The notes: generated by a model not told the origin, from the sequence alone. A stretch of DNA of 64,000 nt from Pseudovirgaria hyperparasitica (GCA_010093815.1 ML996574.1); one strand, 5' to 3'; positions 13,041 to 24,180 are shown, counted from the first letter of the stretch. Numbers and translations: made by a program.

Positions 13041-14275
13041 TGCCGCCAAGTTCAATTCAGAAGAGGGACCAGACCTTGCCTTGTAAGCGCATCACACGAT
13101 GGCGAGGGGCGTACCCCTCGCCATTCTAACTCTGGCACAGCTTCGCATTACAAGCCTTGAAGGATGAACGTAATTGTTAGCCGTATCGTCGCAAGTGGGG
13201 CACTTATCTACACTTTATCATCTGCGAGGATCGCGCATTTGTATACGGTGGGCAGTCGGTCGACTTACTACATAGGATCCACGAGCACCATGCGGTACTA
13301 GGCCGTCTATAACTGAAAGGGGATACTGGCCGAGAGCCACACTATGCCAAGTGGAGTGAAGCACAGAGTAAACCTGGATTTACGCATTTCTGGGTCGTCA
13401 TTGCAGTCCAGAAGCTCACAGGATACCACGAAATCGATAGACGCGCCTTGAATGTACTCGAGCATCTAACTATCCTATATGTACAAGGCTACCAACAAAC
13501 ATACCTTGATAAAGACTGGCCAGTTGACATGTCCCGTATCGCGCCATGCGGTCTAAACGTCAAAATCGCCTTAGGGCAGAATCTCTGGCCTACTAATTTT
13601 TCGCATATCCCGAAAGAGGCCGACAACGCAAAGTTTCAAGAATGGAAAAGAAACGCAGCTCAAGGTGGGAAGAGCACCGCAGAGAGGAAACGGCAGGCCA
13701 TTGCAGAAAGGTTCGGATATCACGAACCGGTGAAGCTTGCCGTTAAGTCTGGGCACAACAAGCATACGAAAGTAATGAACCATGCAAGCCTCCGGCTTAT
13801 ATTCTTTACTGCTGAGCATGAAGATCTTGCCAACGAAGAGTTCATTGATGTGTTCTTTGAGACTACAAACCAGGGTGAAGTGCACCCGAATAGCATCGCC
13901 CCAAATGCTATAGTAGGCACGGATATCGCTGCTCGTCTAGCGATAAGACTCCCGGATCGAATCCATGATGACGGCACTACGGAAGCTCGATACATCAAAG
14001 ACAGTAACAGCGGCGAAGCATTTACAAAAACGTGTAATTCTCTCGCAGATATACTGACGGGAGAAGGTGACCCGAGTAAGTATATCGAAGAGAAGGTTCC
14101 ACGTCGCAGGGTCCCGGCAAACAGACTATTACAAGTCGGGGATTCAACCTACACTAACGATGATGGAAATCTTATACCCAAGGTGGTACAGAATAAGAAG
14201 GGCGAAGGTAGAAAGAGAGATAATCTCGTGCTCGCGAGGAAGGAGGAAAAAGAAGCATCTAAGAGTAACACATAG
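13041..14275 (+). pseudogene. GIY-YIG-type endonuclease-domain gene, 5' truncated, two in-frame stops (copy 1)
   Basis: Intron 13083-13140 (GTAAGC...CTAAC...CAG); frame from 13142 reads KWGTYLHFIICEDRAFVYGGQSVDLLHRIHEH...HY...LNVLE...GLNV; stops TAG 13178 and TAA 13310. Confidence 0.72.
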
Positions 14276-14689
14276 ATTGCAATTGAAACGGCTTCATTAT
14301 GGGAAGGCGCGTATGTGTTTATCTAATGAAGATGCTTTTAAGGCTACAGAATCTACAGTATATATGCACTAGTCTAACATTTTCGCCACCTTTCTACTTG
14401 TAACCAATTAATACCTTGTGTACGGGCGACTCGGCCACGACCATCAAGGCATTGTTCGCTATTGTGACGTGCTAGATAATATGATTATCCTATAAGTTAT
14501 ATAAGAAATATCTATCTAGTAATATATCTATTAAGTTAATTAATAGTTCGAAGAAGAGTTGGTCATGAAGCATATTATTTACTATCTAGTCTACGGTTAG
14601 TTATCTTATATTAACCGACCGCCTAGTAGCTATCATCTATATTATATATACAGAGTCCTTGTAGTAATCTCAATCTAGGTCACGACCTT

Positions 14690-16520
14690 CGCGAGCAAAT
14701 AACAGAGCCCCTTCCTTGCAAGCAACTTCGATCCTGAGTATAGGAATGTTGCCGCTCGGTATATTTGGATGTGAACTTCTTCAAAGAGCAAAACCAAGGT
14801 CTTCCAAAGGCTGAGAATGAAGGTCCAGCGACCAGTACGCACCTATTCGAGGTGTTGGACCAGCCTAAGTATGGCTCCGAACTCTTTGTCACCTTACGGT
14901 ATCAGTACGTCTGGGTGGACGGTGATTGGGAATTTGAGACCCGTCACCACGTTCTCCAGCATTCAATTGAGCCGTGACAATATCATTACTGGAGATGATG
15001 GAATTAGCATAGGATACAAAATCGTTGACAATGACAGTTGCGAACAATACACACACATTTATTCCCATCTATACTGGAACTGGTCAGAGCCGAGCAGGCC
15101 CATGCGGAAGAAGTGAGGGAAGATACTATATTCAACTACCAAGCGCCTTCAATACATCTTCTTCAAATCGCCTACAACGGCCACTTTTGCGGATACAATG
15201 TCATGGTTGATCAGGATTTGAGTCCTGAACATGCACAGCTGAAGGCTCTTCTCAGCGGGCCATGCAAGCTTTACATCCTTAATCTCGGGTTCGAGTTGGA
15301 CAAAGAACTCCAGAAGATCGATATGGAGCTTGGCCAACGCTTCAACCCCCTTGATGCTTGGTACCCCAATGGAGAAACGCTTGAGGCTGTAGCAATGCAG
15401 CATACGATTCCCGAAAACAAATGGCCCAAGTATGTACGGGGCCTATAGCCCATCGTGGAACAACAGATTTGCCAACAATACATTTTTATGGGTTTCGGCT
15501 TTGCAGGAGGCTCAGCTGGAAAAACATCAAATCTGAATACGCCGCGGTCCAGCTCTCGATCATCAAACTCTCGGGAGACAGCCACACTTCCTACCTGGGT
15601 ATCTTGTACCCGTCCAAAACCAATCTCCGATACCTACCCAGTGAACATCTCCGTCTGAAGATGAATCCGGACGAGGTATATCCCGAGAATGATTGGGTAT
15701 GTGAGGTTTTGGCAATTCCACCAACATTTGTTCCAGTCGCGGCTGTTGCTATTAAACTTATCCGTCCCCCGAATGAACCCGATATAGATGACTTGGCGCT
15801 GCATGAACTACTCACTATAGATCTGGACCAAGCGCCAAAGACGGTTGACGATGTTTTTGCAACTGTCGAGCGCTCTATCCAGTCTAATGCATCGTTGCAA
15901 AAAGCGTCAATCGAGACCAGAGTAGACGTTAGCGATGGTGTCGGCCAGCAACGCATGCAAAACGGTCCAGAAGTTCACGTTGCGACTTTCACGTTCGAAG
16001 GAAATGTTTTTTTCACGCTAGATCCTGATATCGAGCGTCTTATCCTGGGAAAGGATTCGCATAACCTCCGCCCATGAGACGTCTACGACACGCTGACGGA
16101 AGATAAGCGCCTTCTCGACGAAATGCTTATCAAGGTTCATGGTAAACTAAGCAAAGAGCAAGCAGACGTTCTAACGCAAAGTCTAAAGGTGCCAGCAGGC
16201 CATGTCGTCATCCAGGACTATGTTGGTGCAGGAAAGACATTCCTGTTTCAGATGCTCATGGCTGCCACTCTTGAGATTTCCCGAAAGGTACGGCGCAGCA
16301 GTCCCAGCCCATCCACCGAAGCAACGAGTCCCAAACAGAGCATGGGAAGCAAAAGCAACACCGTATGGTGAGGCGCGAACATCAGCACCTCTACGTTGCA
16401 CCTACCAATGCCTTGGTGGACGACGCCATCAAGTCGACTTACGAGTTCATCGGTTTCCTATCCAGGGGGCACAGAATCAAGCGAGAACCCTGTGTTATCC
16501 GCCTGCTCAACCCTAATTAC
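14690..16520 (+). pseudogene. Upf1/NAM7/DNA2-like SF1 helicase, N-terminal half, with frameshifts and stops
   Basis: LSKEQ (Q motif), VIQDYVGAGKT (Walker A, 16225-16239), LYVAPTNALVD (motif Ia), VIRLL (Ib-like); 5' limit is approximate. Confidence 0.75.
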
Positions 16521-16578
16521 AGATTGCCTTCTTCTTTTACTAACGATCTCTATAATACCAAATGGTATTCCTACTTCA

Positions 16579-17412
16579 CTAAGAGTGTGCTCCGCTTTCC
16601 AATTCCATCTCTGGTGGAAGCGAAAATGGAACGCGATGAATGCCATAACTACAGTCCTCAAGCTGCGCCAGCTCCTTAGGATTATTATAAATACGCGGTA
16701 GAAGTAGCCGGGAGAACGATTTGAACTTTACTTGGTGCTTCACAGCAGCAGCCTCGAATATTGGAGGATAAAATCCAGTACAACCCCAATCGATTAGCCA
16801 AACCTGGTTGCGCGTGTCCAAAATAAGATTTCGAGGGCTAAGATCTCCATGAACGAGGACGAAGTAGGGACACTGTAGTGGTAGAGTATCCGGTAAGGCC
16901 TGCTTAAAATATTTACTTAGGCAGAGTTTCCATTTAATCCACTTCTGGAATATTTCTCTCGTCGGAAACGGTCCTGCGCCATAGTCACTAAACACTATGC
17001 CACAAGATGCTCCTCCACCAATAACGCCTGGATGGTCATTATGTATGGATTGAAGCTGGTTAATCATAGCCGCAACCTGGTCAACCACACTGTCCTGAAG
17101 ACCGGAATTGAGTTCGTCCCAACATGTATCCAGGGAGACACCGTCTATGTAGTCCATGACTATGTAGCCTTCGACTCCAGAATCAGAATATGACGAAGGT
17201 TGATTAATATCAAAGTAACGGTAAACACGAGGTAGTCTCACGTCCGGAAACTTCGTCGTGACATATCTCATCGTCTCGCCTTCTGAGGCTAGAACAGTGG
17301 GCCCAAACTTCATCACCAGCGTTTTAGACAGTCGTACAACTTTCAAACCCCCAAGTGAGTGAAGGACTGGAGCATCTTGGCCATATGCCATGAGTTCCTC
17401 CTTTGGCATCAA
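16579..17412 (-). CDS. Aminoglycoside phosphotransferase (APH)/choline-kinase-like protein
   Basis: Intact 277-aa ORF: VVRLS..LVMK.G, EGETMRYV, IVMDYIDG, HGDLSPRN, IDWG; true start uncertain. Confidence 0.85.
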   Translation of the reverse strand: MMPKEELMAYGQDAPVLHSLGGLKVVRLSKTLVMKFGPTVLASEGETMRYVTTKFPDVRLPRVYRYFDINQPSSYSDSGVEGYIVMDYIDGVSLDTCWDELNSGLQDSVVDQVAAMINQLQSIHNDHPGVIGGGASCGIVFSDYGAGPFPTREIFQKWIKWKLCLSKYFKQALPDTLPLQCPYFVLVHGDLSPRNLILDTRNQVWLIDWGCTGFYPPIFEAAAVKHQVKFKSFSRLLLPRIYNNPKELAQLEDCSYGIHRVPFSLPPEMELESGAHS

Positions 17413-17899
17413 AGCAATATCAAAAGTTGCGCCATCTAGCGGGCATAGAGTCGAACGACTTCGAGCGGCCGGCTATGTTCTTTAGCGTTTTTTTTTTATC
17501 TCAAGCGGTGATCGGGTACTCACATCGACATAGGGAACCCAGGGATCTGGCATTATGCTCGGGCGAGGACTGGACATTGCTCACAGGTATAGAAGTGATA
17601 GGAAACTATGACATGGACCGAATTAAATGGAGGCGTTACTACCCACGAGGCAGCTGGCTAGCGAAGCCTTCGGCCCTTCGCCAGGACTTGACAAGGCTGT
17701 ACACCGAAGTATTAGCGAGCGGCAAAACCGCACAGACCTTGAATCGCCTTCTCGACTACCAGTGCCATGCACTGCGAAGTAGATCTTACGGTATTTCAAA
17801 TATCTGAGATTGCCTAGACGTTACCTCTGCATTTCCTCTGAGGGAATATGAGGCACAGAGATTGCCTGTGCGACGAACCCTCCCCACTTCGATTGGTAG

Positions 17900-18640
17900 A
17901 TACCCAATTAGGTATCTTATACCAGAGTTCCTATAAATTATATATAGCTATCCTATTAGAATAGATAGTAAGTAGGTACTTCTAATAAATATAATAGAAC
18001 AAAAGAATCCTTCGGAAGTACTTAGAAGTACTTAGAAGTGCTATATCTTTTTTAATGTATATTGTCAGGCACGTGGCCTGCTAGTTGATTCTACATGTGT
18101 GCAGCAGTCGTATATAAGCAGTGTGCTCCACCCTTGAAGCAGTAGCTTCAAGATTCGGTCCTTTTGGTGTAGTTGGTTGGTGCGTGGAGCCCGCCTTCTT
18201 ACATATATTATTTATTAGAAGTAGATATATCTATTACAGTTTCTATATATTTATAGTTAGAGTCTATCTATATCTAGCTTAGGCGGTAGTATTATATTCT
18301 ATAGCTTATATATTTAGTAGTAAGGGTAAGATTAAGCATAGACCTATCTTTATTCTATTTATACTTTCTCTAAGTAATTTACTCTATATATATAAGAAGA
18401 TATAGAAAGTTATAGTACTATATATATAGTTCCCTTACTTAGAGTTCTTCTTTTATAATAGTTAGACCTCTCTACTATCTATAGTAGAGGTTAAAGTTAC
18501 TAAGGAGAATATATTATTCTAGTATTATAGTACTCTTAAGTATATTATCTAGTATTATAGTACTCTTAAGTATATTATCTAGTATAAGTAATTACTATTA
18601 GTTATAGATATTATAGATATAAAGAGAATCTATACGTAAG
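17900..18640. mobile_element. AT-rich RIP-like relic with a 30-bp tandem repeat (about 18510-18587)
   Basis: Extreme TpA enrichment; TATATTATCTAGTATTATAGTACTCTTAAG repeated about 2.5 times. Confidence 0.7.
18063..18203 (+). mobile_element. Solo LTR (141 bp) with 5-bp target-site duplication
   Basis: TGTCAG...CTTACA termini, internal TATATAAG, TATAT on both sides (18058-18062 and 18204-18208). Confidence 0.75.
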
Positions 18641-18801
18641 CAGAGATGAAGCGATCTTGTAGCCTTACTAACATGATTCATCGTAGTAGCGATGACCGCT
18701 TCGCCCAACCTATGAATGGTAGTATAGACGTTAGAGTCAGAATCAGGGGAACCAGGAGCGATTTGCGTTTGAAAAGGACGATGTGGCGGAAAATGGAGAG
18801 C

Positions 18802-19578
18802 TTATCCGTAGCTACTACAAGGCATTAGTGATAGATGCGGAATCAACGATTCTAAAAATATACCTTCTAGCTTTATGTCTTGGAGCGCTTCACTGATAGT
18901 CTCATAATCCTGACTCCAACATTTCAGGATCGTATTACGAAGGGCGGGAATAACTGTCACATCCGGGAAGCGGCTTGCCTCGAAATAGGCACTTATTTGG
19001 TCGTCACTCACACTCGCATAAGGCTTCGATCCGGTCATCAACTCATACACCGTAGAGCCAAGGGCGAACAGCTCAGTCTTCGCGGAGATGTCTGTCCCAG
19101 GAAGTTCATGACTAGTCTCATAACAGACAAGCGGTGGGCACCCATCAATCGACGAACCAGCAAAGTCGCCTAGCTTGACGTTCAGATTATGGTCGAGGAA
19201 TACGTTATTACACGAGATGTCGCCATGGAGCACTCCTCTTGAGTGGACATATTGCACAGCATCGAAGATCTGCTCCGCCCATCGAAGCTTCAAGTGAAGC
19301 GGAATCCGCGTCTGTCGTCCGATATATTGCCGGATGGATGTTTCTCGTGCAAATTGTAGGACAATCGCATTGTCCAGCACGCCAAAATAGCGAACGATGC
19401 CTTGATGGTCGTGGCCGAGTCGCTCGTAGACAAGCTTCTCCCGGTCTAAAAAATGCGAATCCCAGGGTTGGCAGAACTTTATGACGGCATCGAGACGTGC
19501 AACGATCGCTGTTGTTCCGGCGCCAACTAAGTCTCCGCCACCGAGACCCCTTGGCCATTGTATATCACACTGTTGCAT
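18802..19578 (-). CDS. Small Ser/Thr protein kinase-like protein
   Basis: VGAGTTAIV, VIKF, REKLVYERLG, HGDISCNNVFLD, KLGDFAGS; a 3' intron after DIKLE is possible. Confidence 0.85.
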   Translation of the reverse strand: MQQCDIQWPRGLGGGDLVGAGTTAIVARLDAVIKFCQPWDSHFLDREKLVYERLGHDHQGIVRYFGVLDNAIVLQFARETSIRQYIGRQTRIPLHLKLRWAEQIFDAVQYVHSRGVLHGDISCNNVFLDHNLNVKLGDFAGSSIDGCPPLVCYETSHELPGTDISAKTELFALGSTVYELMTGSKPYASVSDDQISAYFEASRFPDVTVIPALRNTILKCWSQDYETISEALQDIKLEGIFLESLIPHLSLMPCSSYG

Positions 19579-19891
19579 TTTCTTCCAACAAGGGTTTCAC
19601 GTAAGATGGATAGGTGAAGGAGGATGGTATCGGTAAATTGTGACAGTGTGCTTGTGGGAGGGAGAGGGGTCGCAAGGAGCGGGAAGTACCCTAGAACCCA
19701 ACAATCTTGGCGTTTCCCATTTTACGCGTGTATCCTTACCTTTATACAAGAGACTACATATTAGATTACTTATATGGACTTGTAGAGGATAATAAGATAT
19801 ACTAGATCCTAAATACTTTTTAAGCTATAAAATCTCTCATTTAGTCTTCTTATATCGACCAAGTTCACGGACGCAAGGCAATCACCAAGAC

Positions 19892-20504
19892 TTAAAGGAC
19901 TTGAGAAGCCGTTTCTCTTTCAATCACCAAACTGTTTATCAGTCTGCGATCCTGCGTACCTTTCTTATGCTGACAACATCTTGGTACTGCAAGAACTTTC
20001 TTCCCCGCATAATCCCGTGGGTTCACAGGAAACAGGAGCACTTCGTTCGCGTACGTCTCTCCATCAGCAAATGGACCTTCATCTTCCTCAAGCTCGACAA
20101 TGTTTATTACGAGTACTTCTGGGTCGAGATCGCCGGCAGGAACAAGATGGTCAAACGTCACCCCATAGTAATCGATATACCTGAGCGCCACCGTAGATCA
20201 GCCTCAAGCTCCTGAACAAGGTGCTTCCACCCACTCTAGCGGTTTTACCCAAGCTAGGTACTCGTCTCGTACTATCGCAATATCGTCGGTTGCTCCATAC
20301 AGAGTCTGGTGTGTAAGGTTTGCTAGCGCTAAACCCCCTTGCTGTGGGAAAGGCGTAATTTTTTCCCACGAAGAGCCCGGTAGCAGCTTTTGTATGGATA
20401 CAAGGACCTTGGATCCGGATTCTCAAAGGCTTTGCAGCGGGGGGCGGATGTAACGGGTGTTGAGGATGGTTGACGCAAGGATGGATATAGAGCTGAAGTG
20501 ACAT
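19892..20504 (-). pseudogene. Fungal hypothetical protein with one frameshift
   Basis: MSLQLYIHPC...RIQGP, frameshift near 20405 to LVSIQKLLP...VRDEYLAWV, intron 20234-20181, then YIDYYGVTFDHLVP...GKKVLAVPRCCQ. Confidence 0.6.
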
Positions 20505-20522
20505 TATGTAGTTTAACTCGAC

Positions 20523-20900
20523 AGTCAGGCTATACCCGTACCACGCACTTTAGTAATTGAACAGATCCAAATATACTTAGGAAGGGCGTTTCTATATTTA
20601 CTTTTAGTACTATTTACTACTTCTATTACTATTATCTCTAATCACTAACCTTTTCTTCTATTTTTTAACTTATTAGCTTCTAGTTTAATAGACTTAGTAT
20701 AAGAGGCCGGGCACTACGTACTAACTTGCTTATAAAGGACTGAACCACAGGTGAGCCACGTGCCGAGCACGTGACTTCTTACAAATAGTTAGTCAGTTAG
20801 TCTAGGAGTAATCTACTTTCTATCTATTATATTAATTATTTTCTTAGCGAGTTTCTTATAAGGCTAGAAACTATAGTTATAAGTAGAGAAGGGGAGGGAG
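20523..20900. mobile_element. Degenerate LTR-like relic plus AT-rich RIP-like DNA
   Basis: Minus strand TGTAAGAAG..GGCACGTGGC..TATAAG..GTGCGTGG shares motifs with the 18063 solo LTR; no TSD visible. Confidence 0.45.
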
Positions 20901-21110
20901 AGTTACTATGCTAAAAAGGGGGTGTTCTTATAGAGGGGGAGGAGAGTTGGATTTAGGGGGGCGGAATTCCAGGGAGGCGGATTTCTTATCTATGATCTGT
21001 TTCCTCTATTTCATCTATTTATATATGCTTCTGTACCATGTTACTTATCTATGCTACATAGGTCCTATACAACAGCCAAGCAAAGCAAAACTAAGAGGCA
21101 TTCAAATGGA

Positions 21111-22455
21111 TCAAAGCTCCGCCAGCCCAGCGATCTGCTGCATATCAAACTCCACCACAGCCCCCGCGCACTTCCGCCCATAGTTTAGCACAGAGAGCGA
21201 ATGACGGCCGCGAAAAGCCCCACTGCGCAATAAATGCGACATATTCCCGACAACAACGAGGCCGTACTGCGTGCGCGTCGGCGCAACGATGATCCGGCTG
21301 TGCTCCTTCATGAAGCCTGGCCGGTCGAATGCGACGATGGTGGTGGCCTGGAGGCGCGGGTCTAGACGCTGGAATGTCTTGCTGGCGAGGGCTTTGTGTG
21401 CAGCGTAGGGGCTGATATGCAGGATGTCGGCGGCGCTGATGCCGGTGCTAAAGCCGGCCGTGGTACTGCGGAGGAGGGCTTTGGCAATGGAGAGCTCGAT
21501 GCGGAGGGAGTCGGTGTTGAGCAGGCTTTTGCTAACGAGTGTCGCGGGGGATGTGGCGGCGTTGATGAAGACGACGTTGTGCGGGCTCGGCAGGTTGAAT
21601 ACGTGCTGAAGGAGGGCGACGTAGCATGGGCCGTTGGGGTCCTTGGGAGGGTCACGCCGGCCAGATGCTTTCATGAGGCCGCCGTAGCAGGCTTTACTGA
21701 TGGGTTTCACAATGGCTTCGCAGGAGCGTTCGGAGGTAAGGAGTTGAGAGTATGCGAAACCGCAGTCCATGAGGCGGGCCATCATCGAGTGGGCTGCGTT
21801 TTCGGCGAAGTTTGCGTTGTCGCGCGTTTGCTTGGTTGAGACGCCTGTCTGGTGCTTGTCGCCGACCATGTAGACAAAGGGCTGCCACTGCGGCGTGAAC
21901 TAGTTCGCATAGATGCCCATCTGGTCTACTTCGGAGAGCTTGTACCCTTCATCGAGGAATATCATGACGGGGAAGATTGTTTCGGCAACTTTTGGCGTGT
22001 TCATGACGTACGGTGTGCCGGCGAGGAACTGGGCGCGGCTCTTGATTTCCATGTATAGGAGGGCGCATCTGTGGTTAAACTCTGCCCAGGAGGCAGGTGT
22101 GGCGGTACCAGCTAGGATTTGATTGCGCAAGGCGCAAAGTCTTTCGTGCCTGGTACCGAATTCAGGAGCCTGCCATTCGAATCGGGGTGGTCCATTTGGA
22201 CAAAGTCCAAGGCTTCAAGAGCGATAAAGTCAATGGTATGCTTGATCATCTTGGCCCGGCATTCCATTGTCTTTAAGCCCAAGGGCCCGCTCTGGCTGTC
22301 TTGGAACGCCTTCTCGACCAGATGCCCGCCTTCGCCGAGCAGATAGCGGTACGCCATATCACCGCTAAGTGCAGCCATTGCGAATGAAGCCATTATTGCC
22401 GACCTAGATGCCTTTTGTGCCTCCAGTCTTTTCTCGAATTTCTGAAATAGCTAAT
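21111..22455 (-). pseudogene. Upf1/NAM7-like SF1 helicase, C-terminal half, degenerate
   Basis: AQFLAGTP, IFLDEG (II), VGDKHQT (III), SMMARL, ISKACYGG, ISPYAAH, GFM..SRIIVAPTRTQYGLVVVGN (VI); one frameshift, one stop, motif V partly deleted. Confidence 0.8.
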
Positions 22456-22606
22456 CTATGGCGATAGAATTCCTTGTCCTTCAGCGCCTTGTCCAAACGC
22501 CGCTCGAGATCTACTATAGTTAACTGAGCAGCCTCCACTTCTCTGGAGACAGCATTCAAATTTAATGCAAGTTCCACCTCTCTGCTCGTGATGAGCCTTA
22601 GTTAGA

Positions 22607-23371
22607 TTACGGTCGCTGCCATCGAGTAATAGCTTGATGGCATACCAGTTCAAGGCTGTAAGACTGAGGAAAGATTTGTCTTGCCCGATTCTTCCAGTCT
22701 ACATGTTTCGAAGGTCTGTCGAAAAGTTTGATATATTCCCAGTGCTCAGGATACCAACCGGCATATTCCCAATCAAGCAAGCCTGTAATCTTCCCATTCT
22801 TTACTAAAATATTATGCTGTGAGAGGTCGCAATGTGAAAAAACGATGCGATGATCAGTGCGAAGTTGTTGGTGTAATGCTTCGAGCACGGGACTCGGGGT
22901 CGTCTGAACAAGGTCACAGTAGAATAGGTTAAAGCTTGCTTCGTCCAAAAAAGGTCCTCCGCTATAATCAGAGTATTGACGTAAATCTCGTGCGGATCCG
23001 TCTGAGCAGGATCCAATACGTCTATTAGTCGATGGAGCAGATCGCATTGTCTCAAGGATTTCTCGTAACTGATTACAAATATGATCTTTCTCGCATTCTG
23101 TCATACTCGGCCATACAAGGTCAAGTCTATCGCCATGAATGTACTCCATCCATAAGCTAGTTTCTCCTTCCCCAGAATCTTTCTGTGCATTATATACCTG
23201 GGGAACAGGTAGGTTAATGTGTGCTGCAAATTCGAGAGCATACTTTTCATCTAATTTAAGTCGTCTGCCCTTCTTTAAAACGACAGATCCAGAATAAAGC
23301 GTAACGGTCCGATCTTGTATCGCGTGGAGTATCGAACTCTCTAGAATTGGATTAGATCTGCCACATTCCAT
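22607..23371 (-). CDS. APH/choline-kinase-like protein
   Basis: Intact 254-aa ORF: EKYALEF..LPVPQVY, MEYIHG, FSHCDLSQHNILV, LLDWEYAGWYPEHWEY. Confidence 0.88.
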   Translation of the reverse strand: MECGRSNPILESSILHAIQDRTVTLYSGSVVLKKGRRLKLDEKYALEFAAHINLPVPQVYNAQKDSGEGETSLWMEYIHGDRLDLVWPSMTECEKDHICNQLREILETMRSAPSTNRRIGSCSDGSARDLRQYSDYSGGPFLDEASFNLFYCDLVQTTPSPVLEALHQQLRTDHRIVFSHCDLSQHNILVKNGKITGLLDWEYAGWYPEHWEYIKLFDRPSKHVDWKNRARQIFPQSYSLELVCHQAITRWQRP

Positions 23372-23690
23372 AACATTCCTATGACGGACTCACTTTGTCC
23401 GCCCACAGCATCATGTCCTTCATCCTGTGCTAGCGCTAGCATATCTTCAACTCAAATTTCCAAGTTTGCGCCGAAATGCCAAATGAATTGGTCAAGGTTC
23501 TCAAGTCAGGGTCTCTCAACTGACTACATTGCAATTGGGTGGATACATACGAGGGGAGCTTGATTCGCGGATGACGTGAGACGATTACGTTATCAGCGCC
23601 GCTACACTATTTCAGGCAAAACCACCTCTCTGCAACGTGACCTCTGCAAGTGCAGCCCGGTCAAAATACAAGTCAAATTTTACCACTTCG

Positions 23691-23915
23691 TTATTTGAGA
23701 CTGCAGGCCAGGGTGAAGTGCACCCAAATAGCATCGCCCCGAATGCAATAGTAGGCACGGATATTACTACTCATTTAGCTATAAGAATCCCGGATCGAAT
23801 TAATGATGACGGCACTAATACTATGGAGGCTCGATATATTAAGGATAGTAACCGCGGCGAAGCTTTTACGAAAACATATAATTCCCTCGCGGACGTACTA
23901 ATGAGAGAAGGTACT
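23691..23915 (+). pseudogene. Fragment (copy 3) of the GIY-YIG gene, C-terminal region
   Basis: FETAGQGEVHPNSIAPNAIVGTDI...EARYIKDSNRGEAFTKTYNSLADVL closely matches 13857-14065. Confidence 0.85.
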
Positions 23916-24180
23916 TAGTTATAATGATGGTCGAAGGAAAGATCCGGGAAAGAGCATGCAGTGAGGAAGGAAGCGAGGGGCTCCTGACAACTCCCCATTG
24001 CTACAACGATTTCTATCCAAGTCACCATCCTGGACGAAGCAGTGCTATTCGAATGCAGCAAGATTCCAAACTTCGTTGTATAGGCTCACATGGTATGGCG
24101 CTCAACGTGCATCAAATTGTCCTTCGTCCTATCAACCTATAATCATTACCTGAGAGGTTGGTATATAAATAGACATCGTA

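Noticed and set aside
13875..14137. Segment missing in copy 4 interpreted as a spliced intron (retrocopy)
   Set aside because: Poor donor site, and the segment is conserved as coding sequence in copy 3; a genomic deletion is simpler
15038..15448. HLLQIA...LKALL resembles a WRN-type 3'-5' exonuclease
   Set aside because: No clear ExoI DxE or ExoIII motif; more simply part of the helicase N-terminal region
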